Source: an uncultured Thermoplasmatales archaeon
Lineage (GTDB): Archaea > Thermoplasmatota > E2 > DHVEG-1
NCBI GenBank assembly: GCA_964612945.1
Contig: CAZTFR010000003.1
Coordinates: 842 to 56,434, forward strand
Direction: 5' to 3'
DNA length: 55,593 nt
The position numbers were made by a program, and so were the translations under genes. The first letter of the stretch is position 1; each line of letters opens with the position of its first letter. The notes under the pieces were generated by a model. The model was not told the origin of the DNA. It searched no databases and saw nothing but the letters and a program-made list of their open reading frames with translations. Shown one piece after another: positions 9,607 to 20,000 of the stretch.

Positions 9607-9890
9607 TGTACCAAATGTCTCCCACGTTTTCGTCTCCGCTCTGAAAAAGTATCACTGTTCTTGCAAATAATCTCTGCCGTTAGCACCCCACAGATAGAAC
9701 AATTTTAGATACCACGCGATTTACTTTCGGAATAAATTCTACGCATCTGATTTTTTTTTCCCGAAAAGGCCCGTGTCAGCTCCTCTTCGCCTAGTATGAA
9801 AAACCTTAAATAGTATATAAATATAAATATAAATAAGATATAAAAAAAGGACGATAAATTATATTTAAAATTTAGGAGATAGAGATAGTT

Positions 9891-11546
9891 ATGAAAAAAA
9901 TACGTCGGCACGTTCGAGTATATTTTCTCGTTTTTTTCTCAGCAAGTCTATTAATTATCGGTATATGTCTTCCTTCATTAGCAACCGATAAGGCCGAATC
10001 AGATACGATCACTCAACTGAAAAGAACAATCACAACAACACCATATAAAATGGCTTCAGAGCATTTTTCGTTACAGAAAACACCGCTAAAAGGATTTGAA
10101 CCAAAATGTGTCCCGTTAGATTCATCCCCGGCAATCCAATTCGAGTATGACCAGATCCATCCTGCTCTCGCCCGAACGAGTAATGATATTCATATGGCTG
10201 CCTACCGGGATAACACCCCTGAACCCTGGGCTGAAACTGTGTTTTGGACATGGTCAGTTGATGATGGACAAACCTATGATCCTAGCTATGCACTTTCAGA
10301 GTACACCGGTGGAGACTACCCTGCACTTGCACTGTGGGAGGGGATACGATTCTTTGGAACTATGGTTACTGATCCCTTTCAAAGTAATGGTGGCGATCCA
10401 ATACTCGTAGAATTTGCAGATCCAGCGAACACATCGTATTGGTACCCCGATAGCTACCCCTACAGCGCATACAACTGGAGAGATATGATTGATGCAGATA
10501 TCGCCTGTGATAACAGTCAAAACGACCATGAATGGGGCATCTGCTCGTATGTAATGAGCTTTGACGGATTCGGAGATCTTGGCCCCTACAGCAATGGACC
10601 AACGATTTTATACGCAGATCCTCAAGACCCTAATGGAGGCGTTCTCAGCTGGTACCGACTGAATCACACCCAACACACTCATGTTGCTATTGATCAAATC
10701 GCCCATGAAGCATATATGGTCTATGATTACAATGAAGACGAACTCGGCGAGTGGTCTCTTCTTGTCTGGTTATTAGATTTTGAAGACCCAATGGAAGGAG
10801 TAAATATCATGTACGAAATCGATGATGCAGCCCTTGGCAATCTCAAATATCCCGCAGTCGCCGTCCATGACAATCAAGTAGTCATTCTCTGTCAAACCGA
10901 TACAAACGGAAACCAAGATATTCTCTGTCTCTCCGGTGACATCGACGATCTCACCACCACCATCCCCTTTGACACCGCAGCAGATGAAACCTACCCAGAA
11001 ATACACCACATACAGGAACAACGATATGTCGCCACCTGGACAGCAGACGGACAACTCTACAAATCCATCACCAACGATGGCGGCCAAACATGGGAGGACC
11101 CAACCCTAGTCGATTCCTGTGTAGAAGAATACAAAACCTGCGACATCTCAGAACAGGGTCGCATGGCTCTGTACGAGAAGGGAACCGATGACGTTGACAT
11201 CTGGATAGAAAATGATCTCTCGCGTTTCAACGAACCTGAATTTAAGATAGACTTCCGAGGAGGACTTGGAATAACCGTCACCTTTACAAACAAAGATACC
11301 GCAACCACCAAGGCCACCAATGTCAATGCAACGGTACAAGTAACCGGTGGTATTCTTGGACAAATAAACCAGTCCTTTCAGGGTTTTGAACCAAAACTGT
11401 CACCCGGGGAATCCTATAGCATAAAAACAAACTTCTTCTTTGGCTTTGGAAAAATCATCGTTGCAGCACAGGTCAGCTGTGATGAAGGTATCACCGTTAC
11501 GGATTCTGAAAATGGAAGACAATTCATCATTTTGTCACTCGTATAA
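9891..11546 (+). CDS. Secreted Asp-box protein, paralogue 2
   Basis: Collinear similarity to 7842-9515 (DQ.HP, GDYPA..LWEG.RFFGTM, DIACD.SQ..EWG), Asp-boxes SVDDGQTY and TNDGGQTW, same C-terminal domain. Confidence 0.7.
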   Translation: MKKIRRHVRVYFLVFFSASLLIIGICLPSLATDKAESDTITQLKRTITTTPYKMASEHFSLQKTPLKGFEPKCVPLDSSPAIQFEYDQIHPALARTSNDIHMAAYRDNTPEPWAETVFWTWSVDDGQTYDPSYALSEYTGGDYPALALWEGIRFFGTMVTDPFQSNGGDPILVEFADPANTSYWYPDSYPYSAYNWRDMIDADIACDNSQNDHEWGICSYVMSFDGFGDLGPYSNGPTILYADPQDPNGGVLSWYRLNHTQHTHVAIDQIAHEAYMVYDYNEDELGEWSLLVWLLDFEDPMEGVNIMYEIDDAALGNLKYPAVAVHDNQVVILCQTDTNGNQDILCLSGDIDDLTTTIPFDTAADETYPEIHHIQEQRYVATWTADGQLYKSITNDGGQTWEDPTLVDSCVEEYKTCDISEQGRMALYEKGTDDVDIWIENDLSRFNEPEFKIDFRGGLGITVTFTNKDTATTKATNVNATVQVTGGILGQINQSFQGFEPKLSPGESYSIKTNFFFGFGKIIVAAQVSCDEGITVTDSENGRQFIILSLV

Positions 11547-11756
11547 GAAACAGAATCAGCTGCCGTAATCACATCTCCCTTTTTCTTTCTACATTCCCTC
11601 TCAGTGGGTACATTATAGCGTCCTAATTAAATATATCATATTTAGTATATCAGCGTCCTTTTTTTTATAATTATATAAAAATTTCCATTATATTCCATTC
11701 GAAATATTTATATAATATAACGCTGATTGTCTAGTATATACTAGGGGACAATTCTT

Positions 11757-13403
11757 ATGAAGAAATCAATAACGCAAACCTGGTTAAAGGCAGCTGTTGT
11801 CATCGCTGTAGCGTCTGCTCTGATATTTTCAGGAAATGCAGCAATGACAAACAACGTCACCACACAATCCAAACAAACAGAGACCGTTCAGATACAAGAT
11901 TTTGTTAAATACACAAACACTCCCCAGCCACTTGTTGGCGATGATATTCTGATGGCATCAAGTGCAGGCGATGATATCTATCCTGGTGTGACCTACGACA
12001 AAGATGAACATTATGTGGTCTCCTGGACAAACACGCCTTCCTTTTCCGAAGGAAAATGGGGTATTTCCTATTCCGAAGGAGACCCACTTAACGCAGCATC
12101 CTGGACCAGCTACGTGCTCACCTTAAATGGCAATGACTGGTACTGGGATACCGCCAAAGTCGCCGGAGACGAACCCGGAGATTTCGATGGTCTCATGGGT
12201 GTTTATGCAAGTCTCACCGACGAAACCGTTGGATACTATCTTATCGATGATGTAACCACGGATCCGACGGGATGGTTGGTCTACGGCTGGCAGGGTGGCG
12301 CACCTGATACAGAATACGCCTGTATTGAAGATAGTGGATTCTACGGTGGTCTATACTACCCACAATATGTCGGCCCCTTCAACTTCTACCTCTACCATTT
12401 CCAAGAATCAGGCTTTGACATACCTGGATGCCCGGTGTTCATGCGAACAGACGTCCGAGGAGGCGCTGGAGGTGTCTTTTTCTTTGATGCACAATCAGAA
12501 GAAAAAACAGCACCCGCGGCTAATCCAAGTATGTGGCCGCTTTCCGACCGCATCCAAACAGCAGTTCAATATAACGACCCCGAGGGACCTGCCAAAATCG
12601 TTTGGAAAAAGGTTGTACCACTTGAAGAAACAGACTATGAATACACGCCCTATCAAGACACATTGGTAAACGGAACGCATCCCACCATCGCCGGATTTGA
12701 AGATGGTCATGTTGTAATCATCTACGCAGATCCCGCAGACAGCACCATAAAATGTCTCACCAGCGATGATGACGGCGACACCTGGTCCGCATCAACAATC
12801 ATTGCTGATGGCAACTATCCAGATGTTTGTGCCCTGTATGATCAAGTAGAAGAACAAGACTACTTCTACTGCGCCTACGTAGACGAAGGCGATGTGTACA
12901 TCCAATACTCAGATGACTACGGAGCAACCTGGACCGAATTTGCTGACAACCCCATCAACGATGTCTCAGGAAGTGTCGCAGAACAAAACAAATGTGTCGA
13001 CATCCATAACAAAGGCGGAATCGTCTGGACTGATAACCGTGGAACAGACATTGACGTCTACTTCGACCAATATTTTGCCCCACCAACGCTTGCGATTCAA
13101 ATCAGTGACGTTGCAGGAGGCCTCTCATCGGTCAGTGCTGTTCTCACAAACACGGGAGACATCCAAATCACCGACGCAAGCTGGGAAATCTCCGTCAAAG
13201 GTGGACTTCTCGGGAGAATCGATGTCGTCACACCCGGAGATGTTGATACGCTGGACGTTGGAGCAACACAGGAAATCGCAACTGATGGATCGATGTTTGG
13301 TCTTGGAAAACTCACTATCACCATCAAAGCAAGCTACACACCAACACTTGAAGGCACTGCACTACTGATCGGGCCCTTTGTGCTCAACGTACAAACTGCC
13401 TAA
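11757..13403 (+). CDS. Secreted Asp-box (sialidase-fold) protein, divergent paralogue 3
   Basis: Signal peptide, Asp-boxes SDDDGDTW and SDDYGATW, WTDNRG, C-terminal GGLLGRID...FGLGKLTI domain. Confidence 0.7.
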   Translation: MKKSITQTWLKAAVVIAVASALIFSGNAAMTNNVTTQSKQTETVQIQDFVKYTNTPQPLVGDDILMASSAGDDIYPGVTYDKDEHYVVSWTNTPSFSEGKWGISYSEGDPLNAASWTSYVLTLNGNDWYWDTAKVAGDEPGDFDGLMGVYASLTDETVGYYLIDDVTTDPTGWLVYGWQGGAPDTEYACIEDSGFYGGLYYPQYVGPFNFYLYHFQESGFDIPGCPVFMRTDVRGGAGGVFFFDAQSEEKTAPAANPSMWPLSDRIQTAVQYNDPEGPAKIVWKKVVPLEETDYEYTPYQDTLVNGTHPTIAGFEDGHVVIIYADPADSTIKCLTSDDDGDTWSASTIIADGNYPDVCALYDQVEEQDYFYCAYVDEGDVYIQYSDDYGATWTEFADNPINDVSGSVAEQNKCVDIHNKGGIVWTDNRGTDIDVYFDQYFAPPTLAIQISDVAGGLSSVSAVLTNTGDIQITDASWEISVKGGLLGRIDVVTPGDVDTLDVGATQEIATDGSMFGLGKLTITIKASYTPTLEGTALLIGPFVLNVQTA

Positions 13404-13423
13404 ACACCTTAAAAAAACTCGTG

Positions 13424-13463
13424 ATGGTTGCAAACCCTGCAGCCATTTTTTTTCTCTTTTTTT
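13424..13463 (+). terminator. Hairpin plus oligo-T terminator
   Basis: ATGGTTGCA-AACCC-TGCAGCCAT stem followed by T runs, 20 nt after the stop codon. Confidence 0.6.
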
Positions 13464-13527
13464 ACCGAACACTCTCTGTAATCGTTACGTTTAAATACAA
13501 CCCTCCTTTTGAGAGAGTGGGAACCAT

Positions 13528-15444
13528 ATGAAGAAACTTATACCCTTACTGTTAGTAAGTATCGTAGTCCTCTCTGGACTGGGAGCTGCTGCCCTATCTG
13601 AAAGTGACCAAACCTTTGTTTGCGAGAAGACCATAACGCTTTCGCCCCCTCAAATTACGACAAGTACTAGTCATTCCTATCTGAACTTTTTGGAGGCAAC
13701 CTCAATAGTAATGGATACCGGAGCGCCCATGCTCCCCGTGGTAACACAGGTTTTTACCGTGCCGTTGAACAGTCACATTGGCTCTGTCGATGTCACGTTT
13801 TCTGATTGGAATTCTATACAACTGGAAAAACCACTCGCGTGTGCACCCGCTCCGCAGCCCCTGGTAGCCCCAGTTGCTGATGACTCAACAGTACATACCA
13901 CACCGTCTGTCGTGGGCGCAGACGATGCTACCCTTTACCCCTACACGGTAACTACTGGTGTCGGTCTCAAGGGAGATACCACTGTTCGGTACATCTCCGT
14001 GCGCTGTGTCCCGGTTCGCTATCAGACCCAGTCAAAACTACTATCCTACGCAGAGCATATCAATATAGCACTCGCCTATACACCACCCAACCAGCCGGTT
14101 GTGTTTGGTGATACCTATGATCTTTTCATCATCACACCTGCAGCGTTTCAAGATGCGCTGACACCCTTGATCGAACACAAAGAAACCATGGGGGTCCGCA
14201 CGGCAGTTGAAACCGTGGAGGACATCTACGCAGCATATGATGGCCAAGACGACCCGGAAGATATTAAGCTTCGCATCTGCGACGCTCGCATAGAGTGGGG
14301 CATCGATTTTGTCTTGCTCTTTGGTGGACGTGATGGACAAACCTACGGCTGGCACATACCTGAACGAGTCACCAACAATGATGACGGCTGGGAAAGAGGC
14401 TACTCCAGTGATCTTTACTATGCAGATCTCTTCAAACTCAACGAAGAAAATGAGACGGTCTTTGAAGACTGGGACTCCAATGAAAATGGTATTTTTGCAG
14501 AATGGGGGGCCAACATCCAAAACCGGGATTACATGGACTATTACCCAGATGTACAAGTCGGTCGTCTCCCTATTCGCTACGCCTCAGAAATTGAGGGAGT
14601 CATCACCAAAATTATCGAATACGAACAACCCCGTCCAGCCTCTGAAAAAGAATGGTTCCGCTCCGCCGTTGCCATCTCAGGTGATACCTTCCCACCAAGC
14701 CGGGGAGGAAATCCCGGGTTTTATGAAGGAGAAGATGAAACCGGCCTCACCGCAGATCTCTTTGAAAGCCTTGGCTATGATGTAAAACGCTTGTTTACCT
14801 CCACGGGTACCTTTACTGGTCCATCCGATGTCATCGACGCAATCAATGAAGGACCAGGGTTTGTTCATTTCGCAGGCCACGGCAACCCTGCGTATTGGGG
14901 GAACTTTCTACCGGATGCTGAATCAGAAGAAGGCATGCTCGATGGGCTGCAACTCAGACATATGCCCCGATTGCGAAACGGATACCATCTTCCCATCGTC
15001 GTCGTTGGCGGCTGTCATAACGGCCAATTCAATGTAACCATGCGAAACCTACTTCATGATATTCGCACCTACGGTATTCGCGGGACCTTCTTCGAACAAC
15101 CATTCCGCTTTTTCTACATGGAATGGGTACCCTGGGACTGGGCATCCTTAAGTATTTTGACCAAAAACGGCGGTGCCATTGCAACCATGGGAAACAGTGG
15201 TCTTGGCTACGGCTATGTCAACGAAAACTGGAATGCAGGACTTGGCGGCTGGATTGAACCCCATTTCTTTGATGTCTTTGTCAACCAAAATAAAACAAAA
15301 ATCGCAGAAGCACACAGTCAGGCAATCACCGATTACATCAACATTATCGGAAACGTCAATAGTGATCAGATCGATAGAAAAACCATTGAGGAATGGATTC
15401 TCTTTGCCGATCCGAGTCTCCAAATCGGCGGCTATACCGTCTAA
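13528..15444 (+). CDS. Secreted C25 family (gingipain-like) cysteine peptidase with propeptide
   Basis: Signal peptide, G.P.LP propeptide, SDLYYAD, PDV.VGRLP, catalytic GHG and GGCHN, LFADPSL C-terminus. Confidence 0.92.
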   Translation: MKKLIPLLLVSIVVLSGLGAAALSESDQTFVCEKTITLSPPQITTSTSHSYLNFLEATSIVMDTGAPMLPVVTQVFTVPLNSHIGSVDVTFSDWNSIQLEKPLACAPAPQPLVAPVADDSTVHTTPSVVGADDATLYPYTVTTGVGLKGDTTVRYISVRCVPVRYQTQSKLLSYAEHINIALAYTPPNQPVVFGDTYDLFIITPAAFQDALTPLIEHKETMGVRTAVETVEDIYAAYDGQDDPEDIKLRICDARIEWGIDFVLLFGGRDGQTYGWHIPERVTNNDDGWERGYSSDLYYADLFKLNEENETVFEDWDSNENGIFAEWGANIQNRDYMDYYPDVQVGRLPIRYASEIEGVITKIIEYEQPRPASEKEWFRSAVAISGDTFPPSRGGNPGFYEGEDETGLTADLFESLGYDVKRLFTSTGTFTGPSDVIDAINEGPGFVHFAGHGNPAYWGNFLPDAESEEGMLDGLQLRHMPRLRNGYHLPIVVVGGCHNGQFNVTMRNLLHDIRTYGIRGTFFEQPFRFFYMEWVPWDWASLSILTKNGGAIATMGNSGLGYGYVNENWNAGLGGWIEPHFFDVFVNQNKTKIAEAHSQAITDYINIIGNVNSDQIDRKTIEEWILFADPSLQIGGYTV

Positions 15445-15568
15445 CCACCGCTCATTTTTTTTTTTTTCCTTTTTTACGTTTTCCCCCTCTCTTTTTAAAA
15501 TAATGTTCAACAAAACTACAACAATATTTATATATAACATAAACTTAATATAAAGATTGGTGGAAAAT

Positions 15569-17518
15569 GTGAAGAAACTCATTCCATTTCTTATAGTAGG
15601 AACACTCGTTCTTGCCGGTTTAGGAGCAACTGCCATAACAGATAGCGACCAAACAATTGTTCAAGAGGACCATATCACCATAAGTGATGTTTCCCTCTAT
15701 CAACGGGACAGATACACAACCGTTGAGCTCCCGGAGGCAACCTCTATGGAGCTTCAGACAGGAGCACCAGTTGTCCCTGTTATCAGCAAAGTATACACCT
15801 TTCCGTTAAATACCCAAATCAAGGATGTTACGGTGACCTTTTCAAATTGGGAGTCACAGACCGTAACTACACCTGTGCAACCAGCACCTGCACCTACGCC
15901 CTTGGTAACCCCAACGGTACGCGTCGCAAAAACTCAGGCTCTGGAACCTGATCAAACAGTGTATGAAAAAAATGCATTTTATCCAACATCAGACTACACG
16001 GTGACAAAAGGAGTAGGACTTCAGGGTGATGAAAATGTTTTATATGTTGTTATCCGCAGCTACCCGGTGCACTATAACCCGGTCACCCAAATCCTACGCA
16101 GTGCAGGTGACCTTGCTATTTCGATCACCACTGAGCCCCCAGAGCACCCCAAAACCTTTGGTGATGAGTATGATCTGGTGATTATCGCTCCTGAGGCATT
16201 CACAGCACAGTTGGACCCATTGGTTCAACATAAAAATGATAATGGAATTGCAACAACAATCAAAACACTCGAGGAGATATACGATAAATACGATGGACGT
16301 GATGACCAGGAGGATATCAAACTCTTTATTTACGATGCACGTAATCCTGATGGTCTAAACTGGGGAATCGACTATGTCTTACTTGTCGGTGGTCGTAAGG
16401 GTCAATCACCTCGTTGGTATCTCCCCGAGCGCGTCACCAACAATAATGACGGAGAAGAACCCGGTTACTCCAGCGATCTCTACTATGCAGATGTCTTCGG
16501 GCTTGACGAATCTGATCAAACCGTCTTTGAAGACTGGGACTCCAATGAAAATGACGTCTTTGCAGAGTGGGGTGCAGGAATCAACCAGCGCGACTACATG
16601 GACTTCTACCCTGATGTCGCCGTGGGAAGACTTACCATTCGATATAGCTCTGAACTGGACATCATTGTGGACAAAATTATCGCCTATGAAACATCGGTTG
16701 ATGACAGCTGGTTTAAGAAAGGACTGGTTGTCAGCGGAGACACTGTCCCACCAAGCCGTGGTGGAGCACCAGGTATCTACGAAGGCGAAATGTCTACCGG
16801 TATAACCGCTGATCTCTTAGAAGATGCAGGGTTCACCGTGGATAAACTCTGGCTGTCTATCCCGGGGGTCTGGGAAGGACCACAAGACGTCATCGATGCC
16901 ATCAACTCCGGCTACGGACTCGTTCATGTCGCAGGACATGGAAATCCCGCCTCATGGGGAAACCACCCGCCAGATGACACCGAACATGAATTCATCGTCG
17001 GTCTCAAGCTCAAAGACATGCTCAAACTGCGCAACGGCAACAAACTACCCGTTCTTGTCGTCGGCGGCTGCCATAACGCTCAATTCAACACAACCATCTG
17101 GAACATCTTAAAAGGCATCAAAGAGTATGGTTTCAGAAGCTACTTTGGCCTCATGCCCGATGACCAAGATAACTCCTATCGCTTCTGGTACAAAGAATGG
17201 GTTCCACGTGATTGGTCATCTATGCTTCTCCTGAAACGAGGTGGAGGAACCATTGGAACCATCGGCAACAGCGGCTATGGTTACGGCTATCTGAACTCCT
17301 ATGCTACCATGGGACTTGGTGGATGGCTGAACCCCCGATTCTTCGACGCCTACGCCAATCAAACCATCAGCGAACTAGGAAACACCCACTGTAAAGCAAT
17401 TATCGACTACATCAACATCATCGGCAACGTCAACAGCGACAACATCGATCGAAAATCTATCGACGGATGGGTACTACTCGGCGATCCAAGTCTACAAATT
17501 GGTGGATTTACCGAATAA
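15569..17518 (+). CDS. Secreted C25 family (gingipain-like) cysteine peptidase, tandem paralogue
   Basis: Same motifs (SDLYYAD, AGHGNP, GGCHN, LLGDPSL). Probable GTG start giving MKKLIPFL, matching the upstream paralogue. Confidence 0.92.
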   Translation: MKKLIPFLIVGTLVLAGLGATAITDSDQTIVQEDHITISDVSLYQRDRYTTVELPEATSMELQTGAPVVPVISKVYTFPLNTQIKDVTVTFSNWESQTVTTPVQPAPAPTPLVTPTVRVAKTQALEPDQTVYEKNAFYPTSDYTVTKGVGLQGDENVLYVVIRSYPVHYNPVTQILRSAGDLAISITTEPPEHPKTFGDEYDLVIIAPEAFTAQLDPLVQHKNDNGIATTIKTLEEIYDKYDGRDDQEDIKLFIYDARNPDGLNWGIDYVLLVGGRKGQSPRWYLPERVTNNNDGEEPGYSSDLYYADVFGLDESDQTVFEDWDSNENDVFAEWGAGINQRDYMDFYPDVAVGRLTIRYSSELDIIVDKIIAYETSVDDSWFKKGLVVSGDTVPPSRGGAPGIYEGEMSTGITADLLEDAGFTVDKLWLSIPGVWEGPQDVIDAINSGYGLVHVAGHGNPASWGNHPPDDTEHEFIVGLKLKDMLKLRNGNKLPVLVVGGCHNAQFNTTIWNILKGIKEYGFRSYFGLMPDDQDNSYRFWYKEWVPRDWSSMLLLKRGGGTIGTIGNSGYGYGYLNSYATMGLGGWLNPRFFDAYANQTISELGNTHCKAIIDYINIIGNVNSDNIDRKSIDGWVLLGDPSLQIGGFTE

Positions 17519-17657
17519 ATCCCCCCCTTTTTTTTCCTTTTTTTCCAATTATTTTTTTTGGTATGGTACCTTCTTTATCTAATAGAAGCGTTACTATCTC
17601 TTCTAATTATAGATCACTCTATAGCTTCGTAAAAAAAAGATAAAAAATTTTTAGTCA

Positions 17658-18725
17658 TTACACTTCTTGAAGCAGAAGAAAGCCAAGTAAGCGAAGTTTT
17701 TCTTCATAATCCTCAGGATAGAGAAAGCGAGTCGTGGCGCTGATACTGCTAAGAATAGAGTTACCATCCTGTGGAGTGAAACAAAAACCGATGACTTCAT
17801 TGTTGTTTAACACATGAATAGTTGGAAGTACGATTACTGTTTGATCAAGGATGCGTCCGTAGTGACCATGGTCTCGTCCGAAGGAAAAAATGATGTTTGA
17901 TGCCTTTTTATGAGAAACTGCAACTCGTGGATTATCGATGAAGTGTTGTATTGCTTCATCGCGGGTAATCTTTGTATCCAGTTTTACATCATACCAGATG
18001 CAGTGCATGTATTGGGTGTTCATTTTCATGGCACTGGAAAAGACATTGAGGTCATGTCCAAGTGTTTTATAGAGATGGTACACGTCAACGGCATGATGGG
18101 TTCCCATCTGCATGTCTTTATGAACGCCGACTTCAGGTCCGGGAATAAAGCTTTTGACCTGGCTGATGTCGTTTGCCCGTCGCATGCAGAGAAAACGGCC
18201 TTCTTTCATGTGGTTTTTCTTTTGTGGTATTGCCAGGGTTTTGATGAGAACTGCGATGTTATGGGTGTTGCAGCTGACGATATGTATGAATTGATCCTTT
18301 TTGGTGATGACTTCATCGTTGATGCCAACAGCATACATTTTTCCAAAGCCAAATTCAGATCCCTGAGCAAGAAAACCTTTCACTCTGTTTTTGTATTTGG
18401 TGTAATATTTTTCTTTATTTTGAAGTCCTGTTCCCTTGGGGGTGCAGTCAATGACGACACTGGCGCGTTTAATGGCCTCCTCTGCTTCATACATGGGTTC
18501 AATGCCAAGATCCTGAAATGCCTGTAGTTTTTCATCAGCGACAGCAAGATTGGCACCCCGGTTAATAAGCCCTTTTAATTTCGGGCGGTCTTCAAGAATG
18601 GGGCTGTGTTTGTAAAAGGTTATTTCATCAATGCCAAGGTCTTCTTTTGCATCTGCAAGAAGCCCGATTAATGGCTCACCAATGGTTCCGGTGCCAACCA
18701 CATGGACAATATGCTCATCAGACAT
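17658..18725 (-). CDS. Archaeal type II glyceraldehyde-3-phosphate dehydrogenase-like protein (divergent)
   Basis: Rossmann GTGTIG, VIDCTP.G.G..NK..Y, QG.E, catalytic VSCNT, HH..DV. Confidence 0.75.
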   Translation of the reverse strand: MSDEHIVHVVGTGTIGEPLIGLLADAKEDLGIDEITFYKHSPILEDRPKLKGLINRGANLAVADEKLQAFQDLGIEPMYEAEEAIKRASVVIDCTPKGTGLQNKEKYYTKYKNRVKGFLAQGSEFGFGKMYAVGINDEVITKKDQFIHIVSCNTHNIAVLIKTLAIPQKKNHMKEGRFLCMRRANDISQVKSFIPGPEVGVHKDMQMGTHHAVDVYHLYKTLGHDLNVFSSAMKMNTQYMHCIWYDVKLDTKITRDEAIQHFIDNPRVAVSHKKASNIIFSFGRDHGHYGRILDQTVIVLPTIHVLNNNEVIGFCFTPQDGNSILSSISATTRFLYPEDYEEKLRLLGFLLLQEV

Positions 18726-18758
18726 ACGAAAACTCCCCGTTGTACCTGTATCCAGAGG

Positions 18759-20000
18759 TTAAATATAATTGTTGCTGTTTTTTGATAAATACCTTGATGG
18801 TTTCTGGATGTATTCAAATTCAAGGAAATGGAGATTGAAACCCATTTTTTCTATTTCTCGAATATAGTCTTTTCCCATTTTCTCTCCGAAGTCGTCGATG
18901 AATCCTTTTATATTTCCACCCAGTTCTTCATAAATGAGTCCTATGAATCCTTGGAGTGTTTTTCCCAGTTTATATGGAGCAACATGATTTATCTCTACAT
19001 CGATATTAATGGTCATAAGCTCATCGTTTTGTTTTTTTTGAGAGAAATGAACATGGGAAAATACCTCTTGATGTTGCTTGAGTTTTTGAACGATTGATTG
19101 AATGATTTCGATTGATTCAGAAAGTGACTTTTGTTCCCGTAAAAGAGAAATCATGACTTCGAAGGTTTTTTCGATAAGAATCTCATGGTCGATAACTTTT
19201 TTTACCCTTTTTGTATCAGGGATGATGATTCCGATTTCTTTGATAGTTACCTGTAGTGTTTCATCAGTGTTTTGACGGAATGCTTTCTGAAATGATTTAT
19301 CCTGAGGCCAGTAGAGCTCTTTGATGAGTTGGTCTAAGAGCTCCTGAATGGCATTTTTGACATTGGAGAGGAGAATATTGTTGATTTCTTCCTCAATTTC
19401 TACTTGTGGATCGGAAGGATTATCAGTAAGGGAAATGAAAGAGAGAACGTTATGGCGCAGTTGTGTTCGAGCTAAAATCCCGTTCATTGTTTTCTGGACT
19501 ACATCAGCAGTATTATGAGTGGTATAGAGATAGAGGATTTCATTGAGAAAAAGGATGAGTGTTTTTTGAGTGTTGATCTTAATTGCTTGTTTGCGATCAT
19601 AAATATATTGTGACTGCATCTTTCCTAAATTTATCCCGCGGATTTGCAGTTCGTATTCGCTGATTTCTTTTATTGCTTCTTTGACTTCTCTGATGAAAAA
19701 GTAGTCTGCGTTACGTTTAAGTGCGGTGACTGTTAGATCGATGAGATCTCGGAGGGCGTTGTAAAATTGAGATGGATGCATTTGGTTAATTGCAGCTGTT
19801 ACGGTAACATCGGTATGCTGTTCAGAGTAGAGTTCGTCGTCGATGATAACAGTGTTAAATGCAGGATAGCTTTTTTTCAGATCATCTATCACCGATTTCA
19901 TTATGGTTCGAGCAGCGAGATGATTCGTTCTTCGTGCTATCTTGTATACAAGGGTGTGAAGTAAATTTTCAACAACTGTTTTTTGATCTTCCGGGTTCAT
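18759..20000 (-). CDS. Cytoplasmic hypothetical protein made of three repeats of a ~130-aa domain
   Basis: Long ORF with the recurring pattern F..V.I....I.I..EIN......L...L..LI......F three times. Confidence 0.65.
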   Translation of the reverse strand: MNPEDQKTVVENLLHTLVYKIARRTNHLAARTIMKSVIDDLKKSYPAFNTVIIDDELYSEQHTDVTVTAAINQMHPSQFYNALRDLIDLTVTALKRNADYFFIREVKEAIKEISEYELQIRGINLGKMQSQYIYDRKQAIKINTQKTLILFLNEILYLYTTHNTADVVQKTMNGILARTQLRHNVLSFISLTDNPSDPQVEIEEEINNILLSNVKNAIQELLDQLIKELYWPQDKSFQKAFRQNTDETLQVTIKEIGIIIPDTKRVKKVIDHEILIEKTFEVMISLLREQKSLSESIEIIQSIVQKLKQHQEVFSHVHFSQKKQNDELMTINIDVEINHVAPYKLGKTLQGFIGLIYEELGGNIKGFIDDFGEKMGKDYIREIEKMGFNLHFLEFEYIQKPSRYLSKNSNNYI

